Positions 32,869 through 41,391 of a stretch of DNA of 64,000 nt are shown here, piece after piece (the stretch's first letter is position 1; every line of letters begins with the position of its first letter). Under the pieces are notes generated by a model that ran no database searches, had not been told where the DNA came from, and was given only the letters and a program-made list of their open reading frames with translations. Made by a program: the position numbers and the translations under genes. Origin of the DNA: Clostridiales bacterium DTU072 (lineage in GTDB: Bacteria > Bacillota > Clostridia > Christensenellales > DTU072); assembly GCA_001512685.1 (NCBI GenBank), contig LFSG01000054.1, positions 44,310 through 108,309 on the forward strand. Reading direction: 5' to 3'.

Positions 32869-32878
32869 TGATACGGTA

Positions 32879-33259
32879 TTATTTAACTTCGACTTCGGCG
32901 CCCACAGCCTTAAGCTTTTCTTCGATTTCGGCGGCGGCGTCTTTGCTTACGCCTTCTTTAACGGGCTTGGGAGCTCCGTCTACAAGAGCTTTGGCGTCTA
33001 CCAATCCAAGACCGGTAATCTCCCTTACTGCTTTGATGACTTGAATCTTATTGGGGCCGGCGGCCTTAAGAATAACGTCGAATTCCGTCTTTTCTTCTTC
33101 CGCCGCTTCGGGAGCCGCTCCCGCAACCGCGCCTGCCGCTACCGCCATGGGAGCCGCCGCGCTTACTCCAAATTCCTCTTCAAGCGCCTTTACAAGGTCA
33201 TTAAGTTCCATAACTGTCAAAGTCTTTATCTCTTCGATTATTTTAGCGATATCTGCCAT
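32879..33259 (-). CDS. rplL: 50S ribosomal protein L7/L12
   Basis: 126 aa: [26 protein letters not shown]...Ala-rich hinge...[10 protein letters not shown]. Confidence 0.97.
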   Translation of the reverse strand: MADIAKIIEEIKTLTVMELNDLVKALEEEFGVSAAAPMAVAAGAVAGAAPEAAEEEKTEFDVILKAAGPNKIQVIKAVREITGLGLVDAKALVDGAPKPVKEGVSKDAAAEIEEKLKAVGAEVEVK

Positions 33260-33302
33260 TTTATACTTCCTCCATATAATAATTTTTTATTTTTTTGTTT
33301 TT

Positions 33303-33797
33303 TTAAGCTTCAGCTTGTTTTTCGGCTATAGCCGACAACGCTCTTGCCAATGCCGCGATAGGAGCTTGCAGCAAACCGAGTATTTGCGAAATAAGCCCTT
33401 CTCTTGAAGGCAATTGGGCAAGCTTTTTGCAGCCTTCTCCGTCCAAGAAAATTCCGTCCACCATGCCGCATTTAATTTGCATTTTCTTAAACAATTGGGA
33501 TTTGTCCAAAGCCACTTTAGCGGGAGCCGCTATATCGGAAGTTCCCATGGCAACCGCGGTCGGTCCTTTAAGATAATCCGCAAATTGGTCATATCCCATA
33601 TCTTTAAGCGCAAGGTTGAGCAGTCTGTTTTTCATTACTTCGTAAATGACGCCTTTTTCGCGGAAGGCATTGCGCATCTCGGTATCCTGCGCCACCGTCA
33701 AGCCTTTGTAGTCAATAAGCACAAAAGACGAGGCGTTGGACAGCTTTTCCTTGATGTCGGCAACCTTTGCGACTTTTTTGTCTCTGCCAACTGACAT
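33303..33797 (-). CDS. rplJ: 50S ribosomal protein L10
   Basis: 164 aa immediately upstream of rplL. L10-like sequence (VLIDYKGLTVAQDTEMR). Confidence 0.95.
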   Translation of the reverse strand: MSVGRDKKVAKVADIKEKLSNASSFVLIDYKGLTVAQDTEMRNAFREKGVIYEVMKNRLLNLALKDMGYDQFADYLKGPTAVAMGTSDIAAPAKVALDKSQLFKKMQIKCGMVDGIFLDGEGCKKLAQLPSREGLISQILGLLQAPIAALARALSAIAEKQAEA

Positions 33798-33952
33798 TAT
33801 CTACCTCCTTATTTATTAATTAAAAGCTCCGCCGTTCAAAACGAAAGCAGCGGAGCGAAATATCCCAAAACAATATTTGTTTCCTTCTGCCATTCTGTGC
33901 GGGCCCTTTATGGTTTGAACCCTTAAGCGGGTACCTGCAGTCTTTGAACGGA
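33798..33952 (-). promoter_or_regulatory. rplJ 5' leader with terminator/antiterminator (L10-leader-type autoregulatory element)
   Basis: About 155-nt UTR between the promoter and rplJ. Terminator stem GCTCCGC/GCGGAGC (33826-33856) followed by TTTT. The 5' segment CCGTTCAAA is complementary to TTTGAACGG inside the terminator. Position matches the Firmicutes L10 leader. Confidence 0.55.
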
Positions 33953-33959
33953 CTTTTTT

Positions 33960-33988
33960 ATTATATTGGTTGTTTATTTATTTGTCAA
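33960..33988 (-). promoter_or_regulatory. Consensus SigA-type promoter of rplJ-rplL
   Basis: Minus strand reads TTGACA (33983-33988)-17 nt-TATAAT (33960-33965), just after the rplA stop. Confidence 0.65.
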
Positions 33989-33993
33989 TCTTT

Positions 33994-34677
33994 TTACACC
34001 TTAAAGTTTACTTTTACGGCGGGGCCCATAGTGGGAGCCAAACTCAAGCTTCTGATATATTGGCCTTTCGCCGCGGCGGGTTTGGCTTTAACCAAAGCGG
34101 ACATAAGAGTGTCAAAGTTCTCCAAAAGCTTTTCTTTGCCGAAAGATTTCTTGCCTATGGGGCAATGCACAATAGCGGTTTTATCAACACGGTATTCCAC
34201 TTTACCCGCTTTAATGTCCTTAACGGCTCTTGCCACGTCCATTGTTACCGTTCCCGATTTGGGATTGGGCATAAGCCCTTTGGGACCAAGCAATTTGCCC
34301 AGTCTGCCCACAAGCCCCATCATGTCGGGAGTGGCTACGCAAACGTCAAAATCAAACCAACCGCCCTGTATCTTTTGGACGATTTCCTCGGCGCCCACGA
34401 TATCAGCGCCTGCCGCTTCCGCTTCATCAGCTTTGGCGCCTTTTGCTATAACAAGCACTCTTAAGGTCTTGCCGGTTCCATGGGGAAGCACCACTACGCC
34501 TCTGACTTGTTGGTCGGCATGCCTTGGATCTACGCCCAATTTGCAATGTAATTCAATGGTTTCGTCAAACTTGGCTTTGGCGTTGTGAAGAACAATCTCC
34601 ATCGCTTCTTCTTTATCGTATTGCTTATTCTTCTCATAAGAAGCTAAGGAATCCAAATACGCTTTTCCTCTTTTCAT
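33994..34677 (-). CDS. rplA: 50S ribosomal protein L1
   Basis: 227 aa: [25 protein letters not shown]...[11 protein letters not shown]. Confidence 0.97.
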   Translation of the reverse strand: MKRGKAYLDSLASYEKNKQYDKEEAMEIVLHNAKAKFDETIELHCKLGVDPRHADQQVRGVVVLPHGTGKTLRVLVIAKGAKADEAEAAGADIVGAEEIVQKIQGGWFDFDVCVATPDMMGLVGRLGKLLGPKGLMPNPKSGTVTMDVARAVKDIKAGKVEYRVDKTAIVHCPIGKKSFGKEKLLENFDTLMSALVKAKPAAAKGQYIRSLSLAPTMGPAVKVNFKV

Positions 34678-34687
34678 GTCAACCTCC

Positions 34688-35113
34688 TTAGTCTTCCACG
34701 GCTACGCCCATGCTGCGGGCAGTGCCTGCTATCATGCTGACGGCGGCTTCCAGCGATGCCGCGTTAAGGTCGGCCATTTTTATTTTGGCTATCTCTTCCA
34801 GCTGCGCCTTGGTTATCTTCGCCACCTTATCCCTGTTCGGAGCCGCGCTGCCTGATTCTATCTTGCATGCTTTCTTAATAAGAGTGGGCGCGGGCGGTGT
34901 TTTAAGCACAAAGCTGAAAGAACGATCGGCGTAAATTGTCATAATCACGGGAATAATAAGTCCCGCTTGCTGAGCCGTCTTTTCGTTAAATTCTTTTGTA
35001 AACGCAGGAATATTGATACCGTGAGGTCCCAATGTGGAGCCGACAGGCGGTCCCGGCGTCGCCTTTCCTGCCGGTAATTGCAGCTTTACCACTGCCGTTA
35101 CTTTTTTTGCCAT
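34688..35113 (-). CDS. rplK: 50S ribosomal protein L11
   Basis: [25 protein letters not shown]. Start set to ATG at 35113, 8 nt after GGAGGT. Confidence 0.97.
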   Translation of the reverse strand: MAKKVTAVVKLQLPAGKATPGPPVGSTLGPHGINIPAFTKEFNEKTAQQAGLIIPVIMTIYADRSFSFVLKTPPAPTLIKKACKIESGSAAPNRDKVAKITKAQLEEIAKIKMADLNAASLEAAVSMIAGTARSMGVAVED

Positions 35114-35227
35114 AGTCAATTACCTCCATGACTACTTGGTGCTAACGAGAGATAAATTAATAAGATTTTTATCTCTCTCCCATATAATAAGTAATTATTA
35201 ATTTTTATCTATAGATTATATCTATCC

Positions 35228-35755
35228 TTATATCTTTTCTATTTGATTAAAGTCAAGCTCTACCGGCGTTTGTCTTCCGAACATATGAACGATAACTCTT
35301 GCTTTTTGTTTTTCGATTGACACATCATCCACCACGCCGAGGAAGGTTTCAAGCGCGCCCGAGATAACCTTTACGTTGTCGCCCACCTTGATGTCAAATT
35401 CTTCGGCGGTTATCTTCTCCAGTCCCATTCTCTTAATTTCATCATTGGTAAGGGGCAAAGCCTTGCCTTGAGGACCTACAAAACCCGTTACTCCTCTTGT
35501 GTTGGTGATCATATACCATAAATGGTCGGAATATATCATTTTAACAAAGACATATCCCGGAAATTTCTTTCTTTCCACGATTTTTCTTTTGCCGTTTTTC
35601 TCTACGATTTCTTCTTTGGTGGGTATGGATATCTCTTTGATATAATCTTGCAGATTATTGTTTTCTATCATCTTTTCGAGATTGTTCTTAACAACCGTTT
35701 CGTAAGAAGAGAAAACATGTATGACATACCATTTTAAATTTTCCGTGTTTTCCAT
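35228..35755 (-). CDS. nusG: Transcription termination/antitermination factor NusG
   Basis: 175 aa: WYVIHVFSSYE, FPGYVFVKM, and a KOW region with GDNVKVISGA. Confidence 0.95.
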   Translation of the reverse strand: MENTENLKWYVIHVFSSYETVVKNNLEKMIENNNLQDYIKEISIPTKEEIVEKNGKRKIVERKKFPGYVFVKMIYSDHLWYMITNTRGVTGFVGPQGKALPLTNDEIKRMGLEKITAEEFDIKVGDNVKVISGALETFLGVVDDVSIEKQKARVIVHMFGRQTPVELDFNQIEKI

Positions 35756-35804
35756 TTATTACTCCTAATCATTCAACCTAATGCTTGCGCTTTTAACCCC
35801 AAGC

Positions 35805-36134
35805 TTATTTAGGGCTGGCGCTTTCAAGCAAGAGCTCAAGCAACTTGGTCAAACCCGTATCAAAAAGCGCTATGAATATCATGAAAAATAATACTACGAT
35901 AAGCACGGTTCCCGTTTGAGTCAAAACGCCGCTATTGTCTTTGGTGCTTTTTAGCGGAGCCCAATCCACCTTCTTGAGCTCGCTTATCATTTCGCGAAAA
36001 ACCTTGCTTAACGAAAACTTCTTCTTGCCGTCCTTTTTGCCTTTCTGTCTTTGGGGCTTAACCTTATTGGCGAGAGTCTCTTTTGAGTGAATTTCAAGGT
36101 CAGGTATTTCTGGCCTGTTGTCGAGTTTTGCCAT
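35805..36134 (-). CDS. secE: Preprotein translocase subunit SecE (with a roughly 50-aa basic N-terminal extension)
   Basis: 109 aa. C-terminal core FREMISELKKVDWAP plus one TM (VLIVVLFFMIFIALF). Lies between rpmG and nusG. Confidence 0.85.
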   Translation of the reverse strand: MAKLDNRPEIPDLEIHSKETLANKVKPQRQKGKKDGKKKFSLSKVFREMISELKKVDWAPLKSTKDNSGVLTQTGTVLIVVLFFMIFIALFDTGLTKLLELLLESASPK

Positions 36135-36143
36135 AGCCCCCCC

Positions 36144-36293
36144 TTATTTGGTTTCCTTGTGCAATGTATGTTTTTTACAGAATCTGCAATATTTATTTAT
36201 CTCCATTCTGTCGGGAGTATTCTTTTTGTTTTTCGTTGAGTCATAGTTGCGTTGCTTGCATTCGGTACAAGCAAGGGTAATCTTAACGCGCAT
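36144..36293 (-). CDS. rpmG: 50S ribosomal protein L33
   Basis: Below the ORF-track length cutoff. Manual translation gives [49 protein letters not shown] (49 aa, 4 Cys). Confidence 0.92.
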   Translation of the reverse strand: MRVKITLACTECKQRNYDSTKNKKNTPDRMEINKYCRFCKKHTLHKETK

Positions 36294-36340
36294 CGCCGAA
36301 AACCTCCAAAAAAATTAACACCCCCTAAGGGTGCCTTAAT

Positions 36341-36369
36341 AATATACCAATTATTTATGAATATGTCAA
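36341..36369 (-). promoter_or_regulatory. SigA-type promoter of rpmG-secE-nusG
   Basis: Minus strand reads TTGACA (36364-36369)-17 nt-TATATT (36341-36346). Confidence 0.6.
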
Positions 36370-36391
36370 CGGTTTTTTCGGGTAAATAATT

Positions 36392-36619
36392 TTATTTATG
36401 CGTATCGATAAATTTTACCGCGTCTCCCACCGTTTTAATGGCTTTTATTTCCTCGTCGCCGAAAATTATGCCGAATTCCTTTTCCAAACTTATCAGCATT
36501 TGCACGATATCCAAGGAGTCCGCTCCCAAATCATTAACTAAAGAGCTTTCTTCGGTAATATCCTCTTCGCTTATTCCAAGCTGCTCCGCTATCAAACTCT
36601 TTACTTTTTCCAATACCAT
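36392..36619 (-). CDS. acpP: Acyl carrier protein
   Basis: 75 aa with the phosphopantetheine attachment motif LGADSLDIVQM. Confidence 0.9.
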   Translation of the reverse strand: MVLEKVKSLIAEQLGISEEDITEESSLVNDLGADSLDIVQMLISLEKEFGIIFGDEEIKAIKTVGDAVKFIDTHK

Positions 36620-36663
36620 ATCGTTTTCTCCTATATTATGTAATCCATACTTTAATAAGTTTA

Positions 36664-36701
36664 TCCAAAAAGGCGCTAAATAATAATTTATTTACCGCCT
36701 T
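36664..36701 (-). terminator. Rho-independent terminator closing the motif-family cassette
   Basis: Minus strand reads AAGGCG-G-TAAATAA-ATTA-TTATTTA-G-CGCCTT followed by TTTTTGG, 10 nt after the stop at 36711. Confidence 0.6.
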
Positions 36702-36710
36702 CGACATGTT

Positions 36711-37724
36711 TTATGCTTGCGCGTTATCCAATATATAAGTTTGCTTTAACGCCATTGCGTCCAAGACATAGGCGTTTTTCTTGGCAAAATACGGGAATAT
36801 TATCATAAACAAATTTATTGCCGCCGCGATATAAAGCGCCAACCCCGGCATAAGCTCCATATTCTGCCTTTGAGATATGCCAAAGACCATGGCGATAACC
36901 GCCCCGATAAGACATAAATTTATAAGAGCGCCCGCATTGAAGCCTCTTGGCGATTTTTGCTTGCCCATTTTTACAAGGTAAGCAATAACGAGTATTACGG
37001 AAATTAACAAGGCTATAACGACAAAGGCGGGTATCAGCAAATACATCGCCGACATAAGCCAGTCCGACGAAAACGCTTGACCAAGGTCGGACGTAAAATG
37101 CGCGCTCAATAATTTATCGTAATATACGCTGCTGCCAACGCTTATGCCGAAGACTGCCAGCAAACCGTATATGGTGTCAAGGCCGGTGGCGGCGTATTCG
37201 CTCCAATCCACAATGCCTCTTTGTCCATCAATTACCGTAAGCAAAACAAGCAATACAATTGTCGCCACCGAACAAAGTATCTGAATTAAAGATATTCCTT
37301 TGTAGGGTTTCAAGCGATACTTGGGAGCGGGAGCGGATTGCGACTGCGAAGGCTCCGGAGGACGGTAATTGGGATCATATTGCAACAAAGGCTGATTCTG
37401 GGAAGCAAAAGGCACAAGCGCAATAGGCTGCACAATGGGCGGAAGTTGCACTATGGAAGAAGGAGTGGGCACCGCATTGTTTAGATTGGCTTGTATGCTG
37501 CTGAATTCCGGTTGGGAATTGCTTATGCAATAATAATTGCCGTCAGGTCCCAAAATAGGCTGATTCATATTTCCGCTTACCGTAAAACCCAAAGTAGCCG
37601 GATCGACAGGCTCCCATTTTCCGTTGCTTAAGGGCGGAACGGAAGCTTCCTGTTTTGTGGGGTTTTGGGCTCGGGATGGATTTGTGGCATTAAAATCCTG
37701 CTGGTTAAAGTTTTCGTTATTCAT
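36711..37724 (-). CDS. Motif-family protein: Q/P/N-rich N-terminal region carrying the IQPIAFVPY-type motif, fused to a 4-TM domain
   Basis: 337 aa. Motif IVQLPPIVQPIALVPFASQNQPLLQY (37377-37454). Four hydrophobic helices in the C-terminal half. RBS GGAAGGAAGG. Confidence 0.75.
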   Translation of the reverse strand: MNNENFNQQDFNATNPSRAQNPTKQEASVPPLSNGKWEPVDPATLGFTVSGNMNQPILGPDGNYYCISNSQPEFSSIQANLNNAVPTPSSIVQLPPIVQPIALVPFASQNQPLLQYDPNYRPPEPSQSQSAPAPKYRLKPYKGISLIQILCSVATIVLLVLLTVIDGQRGIVDWSEYAATGLDTIYGLLAVFGISVGSSVYYDKLLSAHFTSDLGQAFSSDWLMSAMYLLIPAFVVIALLISVILVIAYLVKMGKQKSPRGFNAGALINLCLIGAVIAMVFGISQRQNMELMPGLALYIAAAINLFMIIFPYFAKKNAYVLDAMALKQTYILDNAQA

Positions 37725-37746
37725 ATTCTACCTTCCTTCCTATTTG

Positions 37747-38100
37747 CTATTCCCGCAATTGTTTTTCATAGGTTATCTGCAATGGCATGGTTATGGGCGT
37801 GGTCTGCACAATGGACGCAGGTCTGGGGACGGGAATGGGAGCCGAACAAGGCTGCGCTCCGTAAATAATCGGTGGTTGGAACACCCTGCCGTATTCGTCT
37901 ATAGATTGATATTGCGGCAAACCTATTATTGTTCCCGCGCCGTATGACTGATAATTGCCGGTGTTAGGCATCACAACCGCCACATTGGGCTGCACAGGCA
38001 TGGGGAAAGGCATATACACCTGAGTATTGGGCGTTGATTGAGGGGCCACCATCGGCTCATTGATATCGCCATATCTTTTCTTTCTGCTTCTTCTACTCAT
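37747..38100 (-). CDS. Small Pro/Gln-rich soluble protein with a degenerate copy of the cassette motif
   Basis: 117 aa with basic N-terminus MSRRSRKKRY. C-terminal RPASIVQTTPITMPLQITY aligns with KPASNIQLTPIVQPIAFVPY of the neighbouring small proteins. RBS AAGGAG. Confidence 0.65.
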   Translation of the reverse strand: MSRRSRKKRYGDINEPMVAPQSTPNTQVYMPFPMPVQPNVAVVMPNTGNYQSYGAGTIIGLPQYQSIDEYGRVFQPPIIYGAQPCSAPIPVPRPASIVQTTPITMPLQITYEKQLRE

Positions 38101-38147
38101 AACATAACTCCTTTAAGGCTTGAATCCTTATTCTTTATGTCGCGGCT

Positions 38148-38849
38148 TTATTTGTATTTTTCATCTTTACGGGTTAAATAACCGATAATTAATGACAACA
38201 GCGACAAACCCGTAACAATATAAAGTCCGTAATTAATTTCCGCGTCGTTCATTATATTTATAAGCGTTAACGTCAACGACAAAGTTATCATAAAGAACAG
38301 GCACAGCTTGGATATTGCGCAAGCGCCTCTGGACTTCATCTTAATAAGTCCGGCAATAAAATTTATTAACGCAAACAAAGCGATGAGCGCCACCGCTCCC
38401 GGAATAACCAAATCGGCAATAACCAATTGGCCTGCCGTGACCATATCCACCAGCTGCATAATATAAGCGTATCCGCTGATATTATCGTTAATGGAAAGAT
38501 ACTGCTGCAATACAAATTCGCCGGCGACAATTACAGCTATTACCAGCAAGCTTAATACGGATAAAAATATGGGCGTAAAACGGACTTTTTTGACGGTATC
38601 GTATTCGTAAGTCCGCTCAATGTCTTCTTGGTCTTCTTCGGCCTGCGCTTGTTCATAACTATAGCCGTTGCTGTCTCCGTATTGCAAAAGAGGCTGGTCC
38701 TGCGTACTGTACGGCACAAACGCTATGGGCTGGATTATGGGCGAAAGCTGAACTCCCGCCGATGAAGATTTATTCTCCTCGGAAGTAAATTCCTCTTCTT
38801 CCGACCATTCATTATCCAAAGCCGTATATTCAAATGGTTTCTTAGCCAT
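38148..38849 (-). CDS. Motif-family protein: acidic N-tail plus IQPIAFVPY motif fused to a 4-TM domain
   Basis: 233 aa. Starts MAKKPFEY. Motif VQLSPIIQPIAFVPYSTQDQPLLQY (38679-38753). Four TM helices. RBS AAGGAG. Confidence 0.75.
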   Translation of the reverse strand: MAKKPFEYTALDNEWSEEEEFTSEENKSSSAGVQLSPIIQPIAFVPYSTQDQPLLQYGDSNGYSYEQAQAEEDQEDIERTYEYDTVKKVRFTPIFLSVLSLLVIAVIVAGEFVLQQYLSINDNISGYAYIMQLVDMVTAGQLVIADLVIPGAVALIALFALINFIAGLIKMKSRGACAISKLCLFFMITLSLTLTLINIMNDAEINYGLYIVTGLSLLSLIIGYLTRKDEKYK

Positions 38850-38882
38850 AATAATCTCCTTACTTAATTATGTGAGCTGGTT

Positions 38883-39119
38883 TTAATAATCCTCATATCC
38901 GTCTTCATAGTCGTCCATTACCAGCAGCGGCTGTCTGCTGGTGGAATAAGGCACAAACGCTATTGGCTGCACAATCGGCGTAAGCTGGATATTGGAAGCA
39001 GGCTTGGCAATCGGAGTTCCCACAGGAACTTTGGCGTATATTATTTCCGGCTGTCCGTTCTTTCTTACGGGCGGCGCCTGCGTCTGCAACCGTTGCGCAT
39101 TCTTTCTTTTCTTTGCCAT
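38883..39119 (-). CDS. Small motif-only protein with an acidic Tyr-rich C-terminus
   Basis: 78 aa from ATG at 39119 (MAKKRKNAQ, RBS AAGGAG). Motif IQLTPIVQPIAFVPYSTSRQPLL (38922-38990). Tail MDDYEDGYEDY. Confidence 0.7.
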   Translation of the reverse strand: MAKKRKNAQRLQTQAPPVRKNGQPEIIYAKVPVGTPIAKPASNIQLTPIVQPIAFVPYSTSRQPLLVMDDYEDGYEDY

Positions 39120-39134
39120 AAGAATCACTCCTTC

Positions 39135-40064
39135 TTAATCAAATATACTGTAAGGTACTTTTCGTTTCATAAACATAGACAATATGATTATGATCACCGG
39201 CACTCCCAACAACGCGAACAAACCGAACCCTGCCGCTGTTTGGGGACCTGCGTTTGTCATCCTTGTAAGATAAGACATCAAAAACGGCACAAGCTCCCCA
39301 AAATTCAAAGCGCTTTCAGGAGGCAGATTGCTTGCCATTCCGCCTATAGCTGTCACGGCGCCGAAGATTATCATCCATATGGCGCTTAATCCGAACAAGC
39401 GGTATATCCTTTTGCCGAACATTGCCAAAAACGCTTTTATCATGGATATCAACGCCGTCAATATATATAATACCATAGCTATGGGGAAATAGGTCAAAAT
39501 CATGGAAGTTATCATATCGGTGGCTCCCGATTCAGCCTTTTCCACCATGGAGTCATATTTTTGTGAAGGTCCCAATATATTTTCCATGCCGAACATTTTT
39601 TTGATAAAGCCGCTTATGGGGTCCATAGCGGAATAATGCGCGCTCTTGTCTTCAACCTTCACAAGCACTCCCTCTTCATTCTCCGTAAATCTTTCGTCTT
39701 TGGGAGTATAATCGGGCTCCACAAACAAAGACACATAATCGGGAAGAATATTAAGGTAGCCGAGGGCGAATACTCCCAAGCACACGGCAAAGAGAATAAA
39801 TACCAAAAAGCAGACAAACTTCCTCATTACGAAGAAATAGTCTCTGCCTTTTCTTATTCTTTTTTCTTTCTCCAAACGGTATTTCCGATTGGGATCAACC
39901 TTCTTTCTCTTTTTACCTGAGCTCTTTTTGCTTCTTTGTAATTGCTGTTTGGGGGCGTAGGGGCTTATTCCTGGCTGTTGTCTTAAAGTGGGTAAAGCAG
40001 CATATGGGAAAGACATATTGCCGTTATATGTATTCAAGTTATTCTTCTTGCCTTTGGCTGCCAT
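39135..40064 (-). CDS. 4-TM membrane protein paralog without the motif (basic K/R-rich N-tail)
   Basis: About 309 aa from ATG at 40064 (MAAKGKKNN). Clear similarity to 40425-41270 (LGYLNILPDYVSLFVEPDY vs LGYISGIVPEYISLFVKAEG; MDPISGFIKKMFGMEN vs VDPVMGALKKFAGMET). Confidence 0.75.
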   Translation of the reverse strand: MAAKGKKNNLNTYNGNMSFPYAALPTLRQQPGISPYAPKQQLQRSKKSSGKKRKKVDPNRKYRLEKEKRIRKGRDYFFVMRKFVCFLVFILFAVCLGVFALGYLNILPDYVSLFVEPDYTPKDERFTENEEGVLVKVEDKSAHYSAMDPISGFIKKMFGMENILGPSQKYDSMVEKAESGATDMITSMILTYFPIAMVLYILTALISMIKAFLAMFGKRIYRLFGLSAIWMIIFGAVTAIGGMASNLPPESALNFGELVPFLMSYLTRMTNAGPQTAAGFGLFALLGVPVIIIILSMFMKRKVPYSIFD

Positions 40065-40184
40065 ACACACCCCCATGTCGGGATTCAAGTTCATTTTTTT
40101 AAGAGTAGTTTAAGAAAACTACTTGTTAGTGTAACATATTTCAAGTAAAACTTCAATAATTATATCATTGTTGTTTTTCCGTTA

Positions 40185-40397
40185 TCAATAATCGTAATCG
40201 TAGTCCTCTTCCGTCAATATAGGCTGCGACTGTGTGGAATAAGGCACAAAGGATACAGGCATCACAATGGGCGTAAGCTGTATATTGCTGGAAGGTTTTG
40301 CCACGGGTATAGTGCCGTTAGGATCGATAACGCGATAAACGGGTTTCATGGTCCTTGCAGGTCTGCTCGGCTGTTCGAGCTTTGTTCTCTTTGCCAT
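40185..40397 (-). CDS. Small motif-only protein with an acidic Tyr-rich C-terminus
   Basis: 70 aa. Starts MAKRTKLEQ. Motif IQLTPIVMPVSFVPYSTQSQPIL (40215-40283). Tail EEDYDYDY. RBS GGAGAG. Paralog of 38883-39119. Confidence 0.7.
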   Translation of the reverse strand: MAKRTKLEQPSRPARTMKPVYRVIDPNGTIPVAKPSSNIQLTPIVMPVSFVPYSTQSQPILTEEDYDYDY

Positions 40398-40424
40398 AAT
40401 ACTCTCCTTTTTGCTCCTTAATAA

Positions 40425-41270
40425 TTATCCTTTTACTTTACTGTAAGAGCACCAGTTAAATATCATGCCCAATAAAGAACACCCCACCAATCCGAACAAT
40501 CCATAGCCGGCATTGATATACGATGCTTGAGACATAAAGAAACCGGTAATTTCCGTTAAGCCCTTTCCGTTCCAGACTATTCCGCACACCACAGTAAACA
40601 ACGAGAAAAGGAATAACAGCAAGCATAGGAACCCATACTTGGTTTTTCTTGCCACATAGCCTTTATTAATTCCTCTTTTGCACAGAGCGGCAAAAGCCAT
40701 TATCAAGATAATCAGCGCAAATATTACGCTTAACGCAATGACAACGGGCAAAGCGTAATATGCGATTTTGGTGGCAAGGTTGCTTTCGTTCTCCACATTT
40801 TCCAAAGCTTCGGTATAAAAAACGCTTTCCGTTTCCATTCCCGCGAACTTCTTGAGCGCTCCCATAACGGGATCGACAATGGAAATATGCTCAAGATCGC
40901 TGCCCTCCGCTTTGACGAAAAGGGAAATATATTCGGGTACAATTCCGCTTATGTATCCTAAAACCGCTATCGCTATTATTACCAACATAAATATGAGAGT
41001 AAGAGCGATAAAGCCTTTTCTTCTTCTGTAACCTTGAACTGCCGCAAAAGTCCCCCTCTTCTTTGCCGTTCCGCTGCTTCTTTGGCGATAAGAATTGCCG
41101 CTTCTCGTGTAATAAGGAATGCCGCCGTAACCATCGCTCTGTGCGCGGGCTTCAATAAATGCTCTGTAATAAGGCGAGCTTAAATAATCTGCGCGCGCTA
41201 TGCGCTCCATATCAGCCATGCGCTCAAAGCTTTGGGGCGATGCCTCTCTCTGTTGTTGGGGTTTTGGCAT
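40425..41270 (-). CDS. 4-TM membrane protein paralog without the motif (R/Y/S-rich N-tail)
   Basis: 281 aa with four hydrophobic helices. Paralogous to 39135-40064 (see aligned segments there). RBS AAGGAG. Confidence 0.75.
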   Translation of the reverse strand: MPKPQQQREASPQSFERMADMERIARADYLSSPYYRAFIEARAQSDGYGGIPYYTRSGNSYRQRSSGTAKKRGTFAAVQGYRRRKGFIALTLIFMLVIIAIAVLGYISGIVPEYISLFVKAEGSDLEHISIVDPVMGALKKFAGMETESVFYTEALENVENESNLATKIAYYALPVVIALSVIFALIILIMAFAALCKRGINKGYVARKTKYGFLCLLLFLFSLFTVVCGIVWNGKGLTEITGFFMSQASYINAGYGLFGLVGCSLLGMIFNWCSYSKVKG

Positions 41271-41391
41271 AGATATTGCTCCTTTATACAGTAATATATT
41301 TTTATTACCTTAATCCTAATAAATCATTCGGCTTAGGCATCATGCTTTTGTTCTTTACTTTATGCTGAAAACTTTGTGTTTTTGAATCATA

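Noticed and set aside
35147-35177. A 10-bp stem-loop (GAGAGATAAA/TTTATCTCTC) in the rplK 5' UTR as an L1 autoregulatory site.
   Set aside because: The hairpin is real in the sequence. I cannot show resemblance to the 23S L1-binding helix or to a known leader family, so no functional call is made.
38883-40397. Small motif proteins with D/E-Y tails as RiPP precursor peptides.
   Set aside because: No radical-SAM, YcaO, lanthipeptide synthetase or protease/ABC maturation gene lies in or next to the cassette. The same motif also occurs inside large membrane proteins, which does not fit a leader/core peptide model.
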